DNA of 63,819 nucleotides, filler included, from Lenisia limosa (taxonomy: Eukaryota > Protista > Breviatea): NCBI GenBank assembly GCA_001655205.1. It is 7 parts of 7 records of this genome, joined end to end, with 100 filler letters (N's around TTAATTAATTAA, not from the genome) between each part and the next. Parts side by side here need not be neighbours in the genome. Positions count along the whole stretch, not along the records: positions 32,745 to 51,234 come from LPNZ01010989.1; 6 more parts are not named here. One strand, written 5' to 3'. The position numbers were made by a program, and so were the translations under genes. The notes under the pieces were generated by a model, which was not told the DNA's origin, did not search any database, and saw nothing but the letters and a program-made list of their open reading frames with translations. Within the stretch, counting starts at the first letter, position 1. Each line of letters opens with the position of its first letter. Positions 36,693 to 48,096 of this stretch are shown here, piece after piece.

Positions 36693-39600
36693 AGCTGAAA
36701 ATATCTAGGAGGGAAAACAGTGTACCGGATACGGCAATTGCAACACCAAGAAAAACCATCGCTATGGGGCTAAACGGTTAACAATGGGTTATTGCATTGG
36801 AATAGTACAAGATGTAAATATTATCCAGATTCCTAAGATTTCTGTCTGGGGAGTAGAATGTATGTATTTTTTTTAAAAAAAACCTCTCACTTCGTTATTA
36901 TATGGTACTAATATTGGATTGAACATTTCAATAACATGATGCACAAAAGCTAGCATAAAACCAACGTACACGTATTCCTTTGAAGGCTGTTTGGAAGTGG
37001 CGAGATATGCTAGCGTGGGGAAGATGATTGTGACACTAGCGGATGACAATGATCCCACAAGTGAGAACACCACAGAGACATCTGCATACGATAAAGAGGA
37101 GGGGACTGGAGGATACAGAAAAGTCAGCACGGGTACGAAAGAAACAAATCTGAAGCAAACCTGAGATCAGAAGAGCAACAGAGAGGGATCCCAGGAACAG
37201 AGCCGTTGAAATGAGACGCAGCGTTGTGATTGATGGATTAATGTCCTACACAGTGAGACGAAATACTACACCTGATGCACAACTCCTAACATGTGTTTTA
37301 TCTCTGAATCAATCAACACTGTTATTTGGTTTGAATGGTTCCCTTTATTGATCCTCAGTGGTACGATGTTCAATACACTGAGAATTGAGACCATACCAAT
37401 ACAAATCAACAAAACTGTTGGAAAGCAAAGAGGTGAGAAAAATGCATCCAGCCTCACTTTGGTTTTGGGGGAGGCGAATAGGCCGCAAATGCCGAGTCGG
37501 CATGAGAAGGCAATAAGCGGATATGACGCGACCAGAACAAACAACAGGCCGGCTTGGGCAAATACGAATACCTCTAGGTGGTTTTATAATAATAATAATA
37601 TACGAAAGGAAAAAGATCCAAGATGGGGTTGTGTCTATCCAATACGTCACATAGCCAAATGCAAGAAGCACCCACCCTCAGGCATATGACCAAGGTCTTC
37701 GTCACTATAAGAGTTGAGCACGTTAGCCTCCACATCACGTCCGAATCGTAAGTAGCCCATTGAGCCTGCTAAGACGTACTGCGATGCGTGAAATGGAAAT
37801 CTGCTTTGCAATAAGCCCAGGATAGCATATATTATAGTGAATGCAGATGATGGTACATGTATATATGTATCATATGATTGCTTTATTTTAAACCCAATAA
37901 GACCTGCATATGCTCGTCCTAAACTATGTCGTTAATTCAATTTTCTGTGACTCTCTTTTTCATGTTACGGTCAACTTCACAACAATNNNNNNNNNNGGTC
38001 GTAATGAAGGACATATGAGAAAATGCGAGCATAAACTGAAAAAAAAGTGCGCAAGCGTGGCGCTAAAACTATTAGATTTCCGCGATAAAGTTTGCTGATC
38101 TTGCAAAAACAAATAAAGTGTGTTATCTCAGAAATACTGTTTTGAAGGGGGGGGCTGATTTGGCGACCGTAAATAATTAACGACATTAATTCGAATTAAC
38201 GACATAATTTTGGACCTTGAGCATATACTATACATATATTATATGATATGTAAAAAAAATATATTTTATATAATAAGTCCACCAGTATGAGTGCGATCAC
38301 CAGTATGAGTACGATCACCAGTATGAGTGCGATCACCAGTCTGAGTGCGATCACCAGTATGAGTGCGATCACCAGTCTGAGTGCGATCACCAGTCTGAGT
38401 GCGATCACCAGTCTGAGTGCGATCACCAGTATGAGTGCGANNNNNNNNNNNNNNNNNNNNNNNNNNNGCGATCACAGAGCTGCCTACTTGTTTCTATTTC
38501 AACAAAAATTCAATAAAAATTCCTTCAAAAAAACAACAATTTTCTATAATATATTATTATTTCCGAAGAGGCAGTGAATGAAAAATTTCAAAGACAAATT
38601 TTGAACTGAACTGCGTGGTCACCCAAATGCCTTTTAGCCTTTTTGAAGAAAACCCCTTTAAAGTTAATAAAGAAGTTTTTTTTACATCATTTTTATTGAG
38701 GTGTCCTTCATTTGGCATTACTACACAAAGCCCTTGAACAAAAAGTTTAATATATTTCATTCAACCACTCATTTAACCTCTCTAAAACTGTCAACAGGAA
38801 CCAAAAATGACCCACTGTCCCGGAAATGTGGTTCTAATCCCCAGGATGGTGGGTTTTTTTTGTGAATTCCCCTCAGCAAGTCTTTGGGGCTGCGTATTCA
38901 GCTTCTTGCAGCCGGTCCCTCCGCACTTACGCAGGTTTTGGACCCGATTTCTGTTCAGAGTGCATTTGAGCGGGGATCTTTGCCAATACACTTACCACGT
39001 GTTGCGATTAGACTGTCAGTTCTACCCAAACGTTGCCCTAGTTCCTGGTGTGGCCGATTCTGACAAACCTCTATCTCCACTGAAGCGGAAGCCTTTGGAA
39101 AGCACTGTTCTCAACGACACCCCTTCCAGAAAGATTGTCTGTACATACAAGGAAGACAGTGCACAAGGAGACAGTAGCAAAACTGCTGTTTTACTGAATA
39201 TTGCGCAATCACTTACTGCTCGTGAGTAAGCCGACTACAAGATGCGGAAGCCACACGGTCTTCTACCTTGGCACAACAGCCCGTTGGTTTCTGATAAATT
39301 TTGGCAGACCACCATCCCCTGAACTTGGCCCTGGTCGAACTTCAATTGATGTTGTCGAGACAACAGAGGACTTTGACAAACGCCGTCTTGAAGTTGCAGC
39401 TGAAATTGCAAAGGCGCGTTGATAAGAGAAAGCCAGGATGGATGGAGAAGGAAGGAGCACGTGGACGCGGACGTGCCTGCTGTGTCTAATTTTGTGTTGT
39501 TTCTACTCTGAGTATGACAACTTAATAGATTTGAAAGGACAGAATGGTGGTTAACATTCATGTACTGCTTGCTTTTTTTTTGCATATTCCCTAAATTCAG

Positions 39601-41812
39601 CTCTTCTGTGATCGCACTCAAACTGGGGGACTATGTATTATCATAAATATCATTATTTTTTTAGAAACTGAAGAGCCACAGAGAAGAGAAAGCATAAAAA
39701 AGGATAGCTTTATTCCCCCAAAATTCCCCCATTACTCCACCAACCATTGAGCCAGTAGTCATGAACGACGATGAAATGACTCGGAAGATACGGGGCATGG
39801 ATTTATCCTTTAGCTCAGCATAGACAGGTAACACTACAAATGTGATGGGTAAATATGAAAAAGACATATTATACTAATTAACTCACATTATATTACATAT
39901 TATCTCAAAATGTCACCCCATCACCCACAAATAATATGACAGGAGTAACTAAAAGCGGCGATAGGGAGGGCTCGGAATACTTTGACGGAGATGCGGAACA
40001 ATTCAATGGATTCCGGGGGCCCTTTGGGATGAAATAATCATGGCAATCAAACGGACACTTATTATATGTAACCCCTCAAACCAGCAGTGTACAAGTGGGT
40101 TAGTGTATCAAGCATGCATGCTCCGATGAAGTAAATAATCATGGCAATAGCCAAGGATCTACAAGCAGGTTACGGCCTGGTGACACAGGGTGATCTATGA
40201 TGGAAGACTAAAAACGACACTATTCAAAACGGTATTTCTGTTATATATATTATATGAATATAGCACAATTTCATGATCTACAAAATTCCATCAATTTGAA
40301 AAATGCAGAAGTGAGTACCCACGAAGTGTAGCGAAGAGACTTGAGACTCTTAAACATGATCAGTGGGAAAATAAGCACAGCAATGCCACAGATGATCATT
40401 GTCCTCTGATGGCTGTCGAAGAGGTAGTCACTGAGATTGGAACCTAAAGCGTGACGTGAGGACAATGCTCAAAGGTTCGAAGATTTTGTTTATTGTACAC
40501 AAAACCTTCACAAAACAAAACATATTTATTATCAATAATACTATAATGCATGTGCATTGAGAAATAGAAAGCAAACCCACCAAAGTCTCCGATCAAAATG
40601 AAATAGGCGCACAGGGCACCGAAAGTTCCAATAACAATGGCCAAATTGAGGAATTTGGCCGCAACAACACCAAGACCTTGGAGTACTGTACCTTGGTAGG
40701 TGACCGTTCCTATTGATTAGATGAATCTTTTTTGAAGATTGGACCACGGTAGAGTAACAAGACAAATATGCCATACTACAAATGCAGGCTATTAAACAAT
40801 TAACTCAAAACTCATGACTATCGCGTTTGGAACCACTTATGAAGAAAGGCTGGTGTAACAAAATCACGAACAAGGTGACATATTTCTACCCCCAAACCAA
40901 GAGTCTTGGCAGCCCTCACAAGAAGCCTGCCCGATTTCGCCATGATCACCGCCATTGACGATAAGATCAGAGCCTGCCAAACAAGCCCAGTCCAAGCAAA
41001 CGTTAATGGAACTGACAGGATACTGAGGAAAGAGAATGTTAAGTGTGAAATTCAAAAAAGGTACAGAGCAATTAAAAATCACCAAAGACATTATATTATT
41101 GTTTTCTGATTCTATTCTCCCTTTCGCTCAGAGCCCACTCACCCGGCTCCGACAGTGTAGTTGGCAAGGTTGAAGATCGACGCTGCCATACTGGCATGCC
41201 CAAGAGGTTCTTCAGTCACCACAGGGAGGTCGCATGCTGGAAGGTGACATTCATGATCAATGCCTTAACGCTCACGGTGGAATATGACTGTTTTTTTACA
41301 CATCATAATCTTCGAATTTTGATGTGTAAACAAGGTTAATGGCTACGATAATACGACCAAAAAAAAAACCCCCAAGGATTATAACTATAAAAAGTCTCCT
41401 CGGTGTAAAATGTAACCGAAAGTGGAGAATGTGTTTCTAACAACACTACATAAACGAGAAGCCATAGAATCACAAATATTCCGTATCATATCAGCATAAT
41501 ATATTACGATAACCTCTATCATAGTTCCTTTCGTCAATCTTCAACAAGTAGGGGTTATCTCGCGTTTCTCAAAAAGAGGAAGATTGACATGTGATATGAT
41601 CCCATCCAACCTTCCTTTTTCACCACAGAATCGGTAATTGCCGCTTCTGTTGGAACAATTTCCTTTAGTTGAAGCTCTGAATCTGTGAGTATACCGAAAT
41701 ACAAAGCCCAAGTCACGGGAAAAGTGATGATCATACCTGCGGGATTCCGATCCGACATGCTTTCTTTTGTTATTAGCTCAGCCTCTATCTTAGCATTCGA
41801 TTCCACCATGAC
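36693..41812 (-). CDS. Amino acid transporter, Aa_trans (AAAP/SLC38-like) family
   Basis: ASIFNLANYTVGAG|ILSVPLTFAWTG, GTFGALCAYFILIGDF, FPLIMFKSLKSLRYTS, LPVYAELKDKS, YVLAGSMGYLRFGRDVEANVLNSY, LVASYPLIAFSCR, VFSLVGSLSSASVTIIFP; many TM helices; stop at 36693-36695. Confidence 0.9.
37911..38223. mobile_element. Putative MITE with ~30-bp imperfect terminal inverted repeats, flanked by TA
   Basis: Left TGCTCGTCCTAAACTATGTCGTTAATTC versus reverse complement of right end TGCTCAAGGTCCAAAATTATGTCGTTAATTC; TA at 37909-37910 and 38224-38225; non-coding interior with a short N gap. Confidence 0.65.
38280..38476. repeat. 18-bp minisatellite (about 9 visible copies, runs into an N gap)
   Basis: Unit caccagt(a/c)tgagtgcgat, head to tail, no spacers. 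Confidence 0.95.
38627..39422 (+). CDS. Antisense gene nested in the transporter intron; unknown protein, start uncertain
   Basis: 423-nt open frame 38807-39229 plus overlapping frame 39201-39422; GT-AG introns link GTKNDPLSRKCGSNPQD|ASLWGCVFSFLQPVPPHLR|RVHLSGDLCQYTYHVLRLDCQFYPNVALVPG..NIAQSLTA and ..VFYLGTTARWFLINFG..EIAKAR*. Higher GC than the surrounding intron. Confidence 0.6.
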
Positions 41813-41984
41813 TACTCGTAAAAGGAGGCCATGGTGTTGCGTGCCCAATATAAATGACTCTGGGGGGTGTATAATATTGACTGAGTAAAAACACAATATT
41901 CCCAAAACGGCAAATTAGCCATATAGTTGAAAGTATCTTCTTTTTATCTGTAGTTTATTAGTATATATTGGTAGAACGGAAAAG

Positions 41985-44900
41985 ATGGGCAATATGTCCG
42001 AGCCCGGAGATGTCGCAGGGCTTACTGAGCAGATGCTAGGCTTAAATACAAATAGCTACATGGGAATGGAGTACTCAACACCGCCCATGAACTCACCATT
42101 CGTCTACAACTCCCCCCAGTCCCCACAAATGATGTACCAATACGTTCCATCTGGCCAGCCAGTGTATCCCATGTATCAACAGGGTTCGGTTTCTCAAAAC
42201 CAGCAGAATCCTGTTTATTCTCAGACTGGGTTTTCCCCTGAACAGAATTTCTTGGGAGAGCCGCATCCAAATGGCACTTCTCAAGACGACCTCAACGGAA
42301 ACACCAAATGGAGAGCACCAAGAGACCGATTCGAAGGCAAATCTGAGGAGACTGATCCCTGTAATCTCTTCATTAAGTACCTCCCACCCTCCGTTGACGA
42401 TGAAGGTATGTGACTGACTATTTAATGGGAAGTACCAGCATTTCCACGGAGAAATCACCATCCAGGACTGAGGAAGCTTTTCAATCCCTTTGGCAAGATC
42501 TCAAGCTGCAAAGTGATGCTTGACACCGCCGGAGCGTCTCTTGGATATGGGTAGGAAGGCATATATATAATGGTTCCATGGTTCGGTGGCCTGTTGCACT
42601 AATAATGATGTGTGTTTCAACTTGTATTCTGCCGGACCAATCCCTGCTTTGACAACCAAATCAAGACTCTTTATTGACACCGTTGCCTGTGTTTTGTTTT
42701 AATGATTTTTGTACCCAGGTGACCCCATTTGCCCACATACCCTGTCACCCCCCTAGGTTTGTGCGATTTGCCAATGCCGACGATGCTTCCGAGGCCATTG
42801 TCAACATGAACGGTCTCAGACTCGTAAACAAAACGTGGGGGGGCGGGGGGGCGGGNNNNNNNNNNNNNNNNNNNNNNNNNNNNNNNNNNNNNNNNNNNNN
42901 NNNNNNNNNNNNNNNNNNNNNNNNNNNNNNNNNNNNNNNNNNNNNNNNNNNNNNNNNNNNNNNNNNNNNNNNNNNNNNAAGATAGATAGTCAATCTCTAA
43001 ATATCTGTGACTTGGAATAAAGTCACAGATATTTTATGACTCATCCAGATACAAACACTGCACCCCTCCCTCACTCGTCTAACCCACCAGTCTGCTGTGC
43101 AAGAACAGTCACATTGGCCGCCGCAGCCGCCGCCCCCAGCAAACAGTCAACCTCGTCATCCGCAACCTTCCCCTCACCATGGAGGACGGTATACAAGGCT
43201 CTTCAANNNNNNNNNNNNNNNNNNNNNNNNNNNNNNNNNNNNNNNNNNNNNATTAGAACTGATTAGAACTGATTATTTTCTGACTTAGACATTCGGATAG
43301 ATCGAAGTCAATTTTGTCTTACTATTATATTAACACATTATTGGTCTTGTTCTAAAGTCCGACCACCCCGTTGAAATGCACAATAATCATTTCTTCATCT
43401 ATCTTAAGACCACTCAACTCATTGGCGGACAATCATCCAACATCTACCAAGATTTAAGGATCCTTCCTCGAATGCTGACCCCCACCCCCCAGACACGTTC
43501 AATGAGCTGATGATGTCCCAAGGCCCGGTGACCGAGGCCNNNNNNNNNNAGTCCAACGGAATGGCCATTGTCAAGTGGGCACCCTTCATTTATTCATTAA
43601 AATTTACTATTCTGTTTTTTTGACATTTTCCCCATTTTCCATGTTTTATACAGTTTCCGTTCACCCCCCCCCCNNNNNNNNNNNNNNNNNNNNNNNNNNN
43701 NNNNNNNNNNNNNNNNNNNNNNNNNNNNNNNNNNNNNNNNNNNNNNNNNNNNNNNNNNNNNNNNNNNNNNNNNNNNNNNNNNNNNNNNNNNNNNNNNNNN
43801 NNNNNNNNNNNNNNNNNGCCTGATTGTTGACGAAATCGCACCCTCGCTCGACGTCTCCTTCCAGGACGAGAGTTTGGCCTATGTAGGCAATGGGAGGATT
43901 GGCAAAGCTTCGACAAGTTAATCTTGTTTTTTGTTTATTTTCTCTCGTTTCAACATACTATAATATGGGTGCAATGGGATACTCGCCAATAGAAGTCGAA
44001 TTGAAATGCAATATCATTTTTCTTTTGTTTATCACTGGGTACAGGTATACTGTAGATCAGTCAGGATTTGATAAGGTGATGTGATAGCGCTGAGTAGTGG
44101 TGATGCGCTGCTACAGAGGTCTATCTCAAGTAAACACATAAATAAAGATAATCATTCTGTCGGTAGCCTATCGATCAGTCTTTTGGCTTAGTTTACACCT
44201 CAGCAAGACGAGAATTTGATGCCTTCCGAGGGGCTGCCATTCCCCGTCCCCCAAAACGACCAGAAGCCGACTCTTGATATCCAGTCCCAGATGCATATGA
44301 TGGACAACAGCATGCCCCTCCAAATGCCAGATCCTAGCATGTCGCAGCCAATGCAGCCGATGGTCAGTTTGTGAGGGACTTTTGGGAATTTCAATATGAC
44401 CATCTTGAGTTTCTTTTCATGTCTTTCAGCGTTCACCCATTTACTGTAATCCTTCAGATGATGAACCACATGATGCAAATGCCACAGTACCCCATGCCTG
44501 GCTCAGGGGTATGGTGCTGCTGAGATTTACCGCTAAATATCGCCAGAGATTCAAGTAACATTATAATTGTCAAGTATTTCTTCTCTTTCACCCGCTCAGA
44601 CCCCACCCATGCCCCCTGTGTTCGGATATCTCCCTCCCATGGTGATGAACAGACAAGGCTCTTTCAGTAATGGCAGTGAGGGGGTCTTATTCTCCCTTCC
44701 TCACGGGAATATAAGTGAACTTGAGGCAAATGATGATGATATCACCCGCTTTAGTACTATTGTCCTTTTTTTTTTTTCTTGTTTTTCTTGTTTTTCTTGT
44801 TTTTTTCAATGTATAGTATTCAGCATTGAAAGTTCTTTTTAACCCCCCTCCCAGGATCTTCACGCAACCTCTTTGTCTTCCACCTGCCCACCGATTTCGA

Positions 44901-45877
44901 TGACGAGGGTCTCAAGAGCCTCTTTGAGCCCTTTGGTCAGATCGTTTCAGCAAAGGTGCGGCAGGCTGTCATTACTACATATTCAATGCTTAGTTGTACT
45001 GTTTCGAAAGTATTAAATTTCATGCACAAGCAAACGTTATTCCACTGATTCCACTGTTTACTCGCTTCCTCGTGTTGAATGTTGCCTCACATCCCAGGTC
45101 GGAATTGATCCCGTTCATGGTGAGCGCAAGGGTTACGGCTTTGTCAACTTCAAAAGGCCTCAGGACGCCAGCAGAGCCAAGATGGAGATGAACGGGTAGG
45201 TTCTTAATAGTCTTGATAATAATGCTTTGTTTCAAACTCTGGTGCTTTTTAAAACAATAGTTTGTGAAAACAACCCCACCCTGATTTCGGCGTTTGTTCC
45301 ATAAATTTTCCAATTTACCCCCTCCCCTCCCTCCAGGCTACATATCAACAACAAGGTTCTCAAGGTCTCCTTCAAGAAGGATACTTATTCCTCCGGGCCC
45401 TCTTCCCCGGCTATTTTCCCTCAACAAAGCGAATACTCAACTCCAGGCTCCGATATTGCCGGTACGTGTATAAGGGGGGAGGGGGGTCTTGACGGGTAAA
45501 TCGATATGAATTATTTTGAATATCAGCCCTAGTCAACAGGAAGGTTCCTTGTCTATTTCAAGATAACTATCGACGGTAACACTCTCTTGTGCAGCTACTC
45601 TTCATAAAATCATTATTAAGATCCAGCCCCACCAATCTTACATATCCAGGAGATGCTGTGGTGGCGGGCTTGGCTGGTAGTGAAGAACTTGCTGATGACG
45701 TAGTTATGCTGCCTCCCCAGGTTTGCAACATTCTATATAATGCCATCTGTGTGCTATTTTTCACCGACAGCTTGATGTTACAATTGATTGTTTTTTTAAA
45801 AAAATCTTGCCACGTCCCATTTATGGTTCCAGGCAATGGCTGCTGACAAGCACCATCATTTCTCAAGGGAGCTGTAA
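41985..45877 (+). CDS. Triple-RRM RNA-binding protein (ELAV/CELF-like layout: RRM1-RRM2-Q/M/P-rich hinge-RRM3)
   Basis: RRM1 CNLFIKYLPPSVDDE|GLRKLFNPFGKISSCKVMLDTAGASLGYG|FVRF; RRM2 VNLVIRNLPLTME; RRM3 RNLFVFHLPTDFDDEGLKSLFEPFGQIVSAK|VGIDPVHGERKGYGFVNF..LKVSFKK; likely end AMAADKHHHFSREL*. Confidence 0.9.
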
Positions 45878-46180
45878 ATTAGATATTTAGGGTTTTTGAT
45901 TCCAATTCTAAAGGTGTCTGTATTATGTATTCGACTCTTAATTATGCACTTAATAATTCCAACTTTTGTTATGTTCTCGCCGATTGGTAACAAGAGTCTC
46001 ACTTCATACATTAAATAGTCAATTAGAAGCAGAGGGAGATCTGCCGTTTACGATTCTGAGGGTTTGAGCATAGAATACATTGACATTAGAGGGTTTGAGC
46101 AAAGAATAAATTGACATTAGAAAAACAAGATAGCATTCCCTCTGCAGCACAATCCTCACCGTTATCGATCAAAAAACAAG

Positions 46181-47380
46181 ATGGCGGAGGGGCATGTTTT
46201 GCTTCAGTCGTCTCGTATGGAGTTGGGAGTGGACACTACCTCAAGTTGCCTGTCACCAGGGGGAGATGACTATATGGTTACACCAGCATGTGGGACAGCT
46301 GTGCAAAAATTGAAGAATTTGTAACAAGGAGTAAAAGTTATCAAAATGGTCCCCCCCCCCCTCTAACTTCGGCCATATGTGACTTGTAAGCCATCGTCTC
46401 GAAGCCGTAGCTAAAAAGTGTGAATGGAGGGAATTCCGTGCAGGAAGTATAACTTATTGAAACAATTTGACACACCACATTAATGAAGGAAACAGAAAAA
46501 AAGAAGACCGATAACACCCCCCAATCACATCATATATTCAGTGGACGTGAGCGTTATAATGAAAGAGACCAGCATGGATGCCCAAAAGATGAGGTTCTTC
46601 GGGAATTCGCCAGCCACCGCGCTTATCACAACAAAGTGGATGAAGAGAATAGTGAACACAAAGTCGGGTGTCTGGGGATGTCAGTAATGTAGTATCAGGA
46701 AAGTCCTGCCGTATCAAATTTCCAATTAATGCTACTATGGAGTGACATAATAAGTACTAAGACCCTTTTCATAATATTTCTTATAGATTAGAATATAGAA
46801 AGATCACTCTCAACAAACATTTTTTGATCGTCGAAGCGAAGCATTGAGAGGCACAGTCATGACCATTGAGGTTATAATGAGACCTTGGAAAGGTAAGTCT
46901 CGAATACGTGTAATTGGCTGTCGTGGGATGTACAAATATTTAAAAACATCCATATTATTGAAGTCGTGAGCACAACCCATCCCTCATACTTGACACATCA
47001 ATCAGGCCTCTTCGTGAGATAAACGAAATCTCCTCAATTGTGAAGATCTGAATGATTACAAGAACCCCCATTTAGAAGTAATAGATGAAATTGTAGTTCG
47101 ATACCTCTCTTTCACGATATGAACGGTTTACATGTATATTTGCCTGATAATATGCTCCTTCTAATAAGGAATGACATGGTACTTATCTCTGATAGTATTG
47201 CAAAAGTCACGTTAAAATATATCCATTCTCCAAACAGCCCACCTGCTGTACCCAAAACTGCTCCTGAAGAACCACATCCGCAGTAAACACAACGAGGGCG
47301 AAGGTGGCATAAAACAGAAACTCGAAAAGTGAGGGCAAAGGATGATGAGCGCAAAGCTGAAATACGGCACTTGATATGAA
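46181..47380 (+). CDS. Multi-exon gene of unknown function, 3' end uncertain
   Basis: ATG exon MAEGHVLLQSSRMELGVDTTSSCLSPGGDDYMVTPACG..; later phase-consistent exons KDHSQQTFFDRRSEALRGTVMTIEVIMRPWK|DKRNLLNCEDLNDYKNPHLE|FDTSLSRY. Confidence 0.4.
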
Positions 47381-48096
47381 ATATAAAATAAATATATGAA
47401 AATTGATGATATTTAAAAGCATATCATTGAAATCAAGTTTATTTGAATTTAGATTGCTCTATGCTTCCCCTTAAAGTAGGAGTTTAGTTGATTGACACAC
47501 TTACTTGGTGAAAAATTATTTGGAAAATAAGAAACGGGAGTGAAAGCGCCAATACATCTTCTTTCCTTTTGGTATTTTCCAAAGAGAGAGAAAGAAGGAA
47601 GATGAGCAGGATTACGACTTGAATATAAGATGTTCAAACGTCCAAAGAGGTCCTACCGAAAACCGCAGAGAACAGAAACATATCCTCGAAAATAAACATT
47701 TTCACAGCAATCCAGAATAACTGTGACACAGAGCAGTATCAATGGGTGCCTGGGATACAACCGAAGACAACAGACAGCGCGAGTTGCCTGCTTCGCCTAG
47801 CCTTCTATTATTTTTTTTAAGTTTTTGAAAAGAAACTACAGCTCATTAAACCATTAAACCTTCCTCCCAAACACGCAAAAACAAAGAACAAATTTTGTAC
47901 CAGTGAACTCTATTTCACTGACACATCTTGAATTGTTTGTCCTTTTGTCAAGAATGCGAACAATCCATTTCTTCAATTCTTCAACAATTCTTACTTGTTC
48001 TTAATTATATAATTATATACATGATTATAGTACATGTAGACGTCCTTGTCAACAATAATACAATAATAATCATGCATTGAAATCAGAATGAAATGG

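Noticed and set aside
38280-38476. CRISPR-like array, or the repetitive ORFs MSAITSLSAITS / IALRLVIALRLV / THTGDRTQTGDR
   Set aside because: Head-to-tail 18-bp units without unique spacers, in a eukaryotic intron, with no cas genes; the ORFs arise because the unit length is a multiple of 3 and lacks stops.
46540-46670. BRCT domain (ALITTKWMKRIV) suggesting an X-family DNA polymerase
   Set aside because: That frame does not link in phase to the next exons, the alternative frame does, and no polymerase motifs follow.
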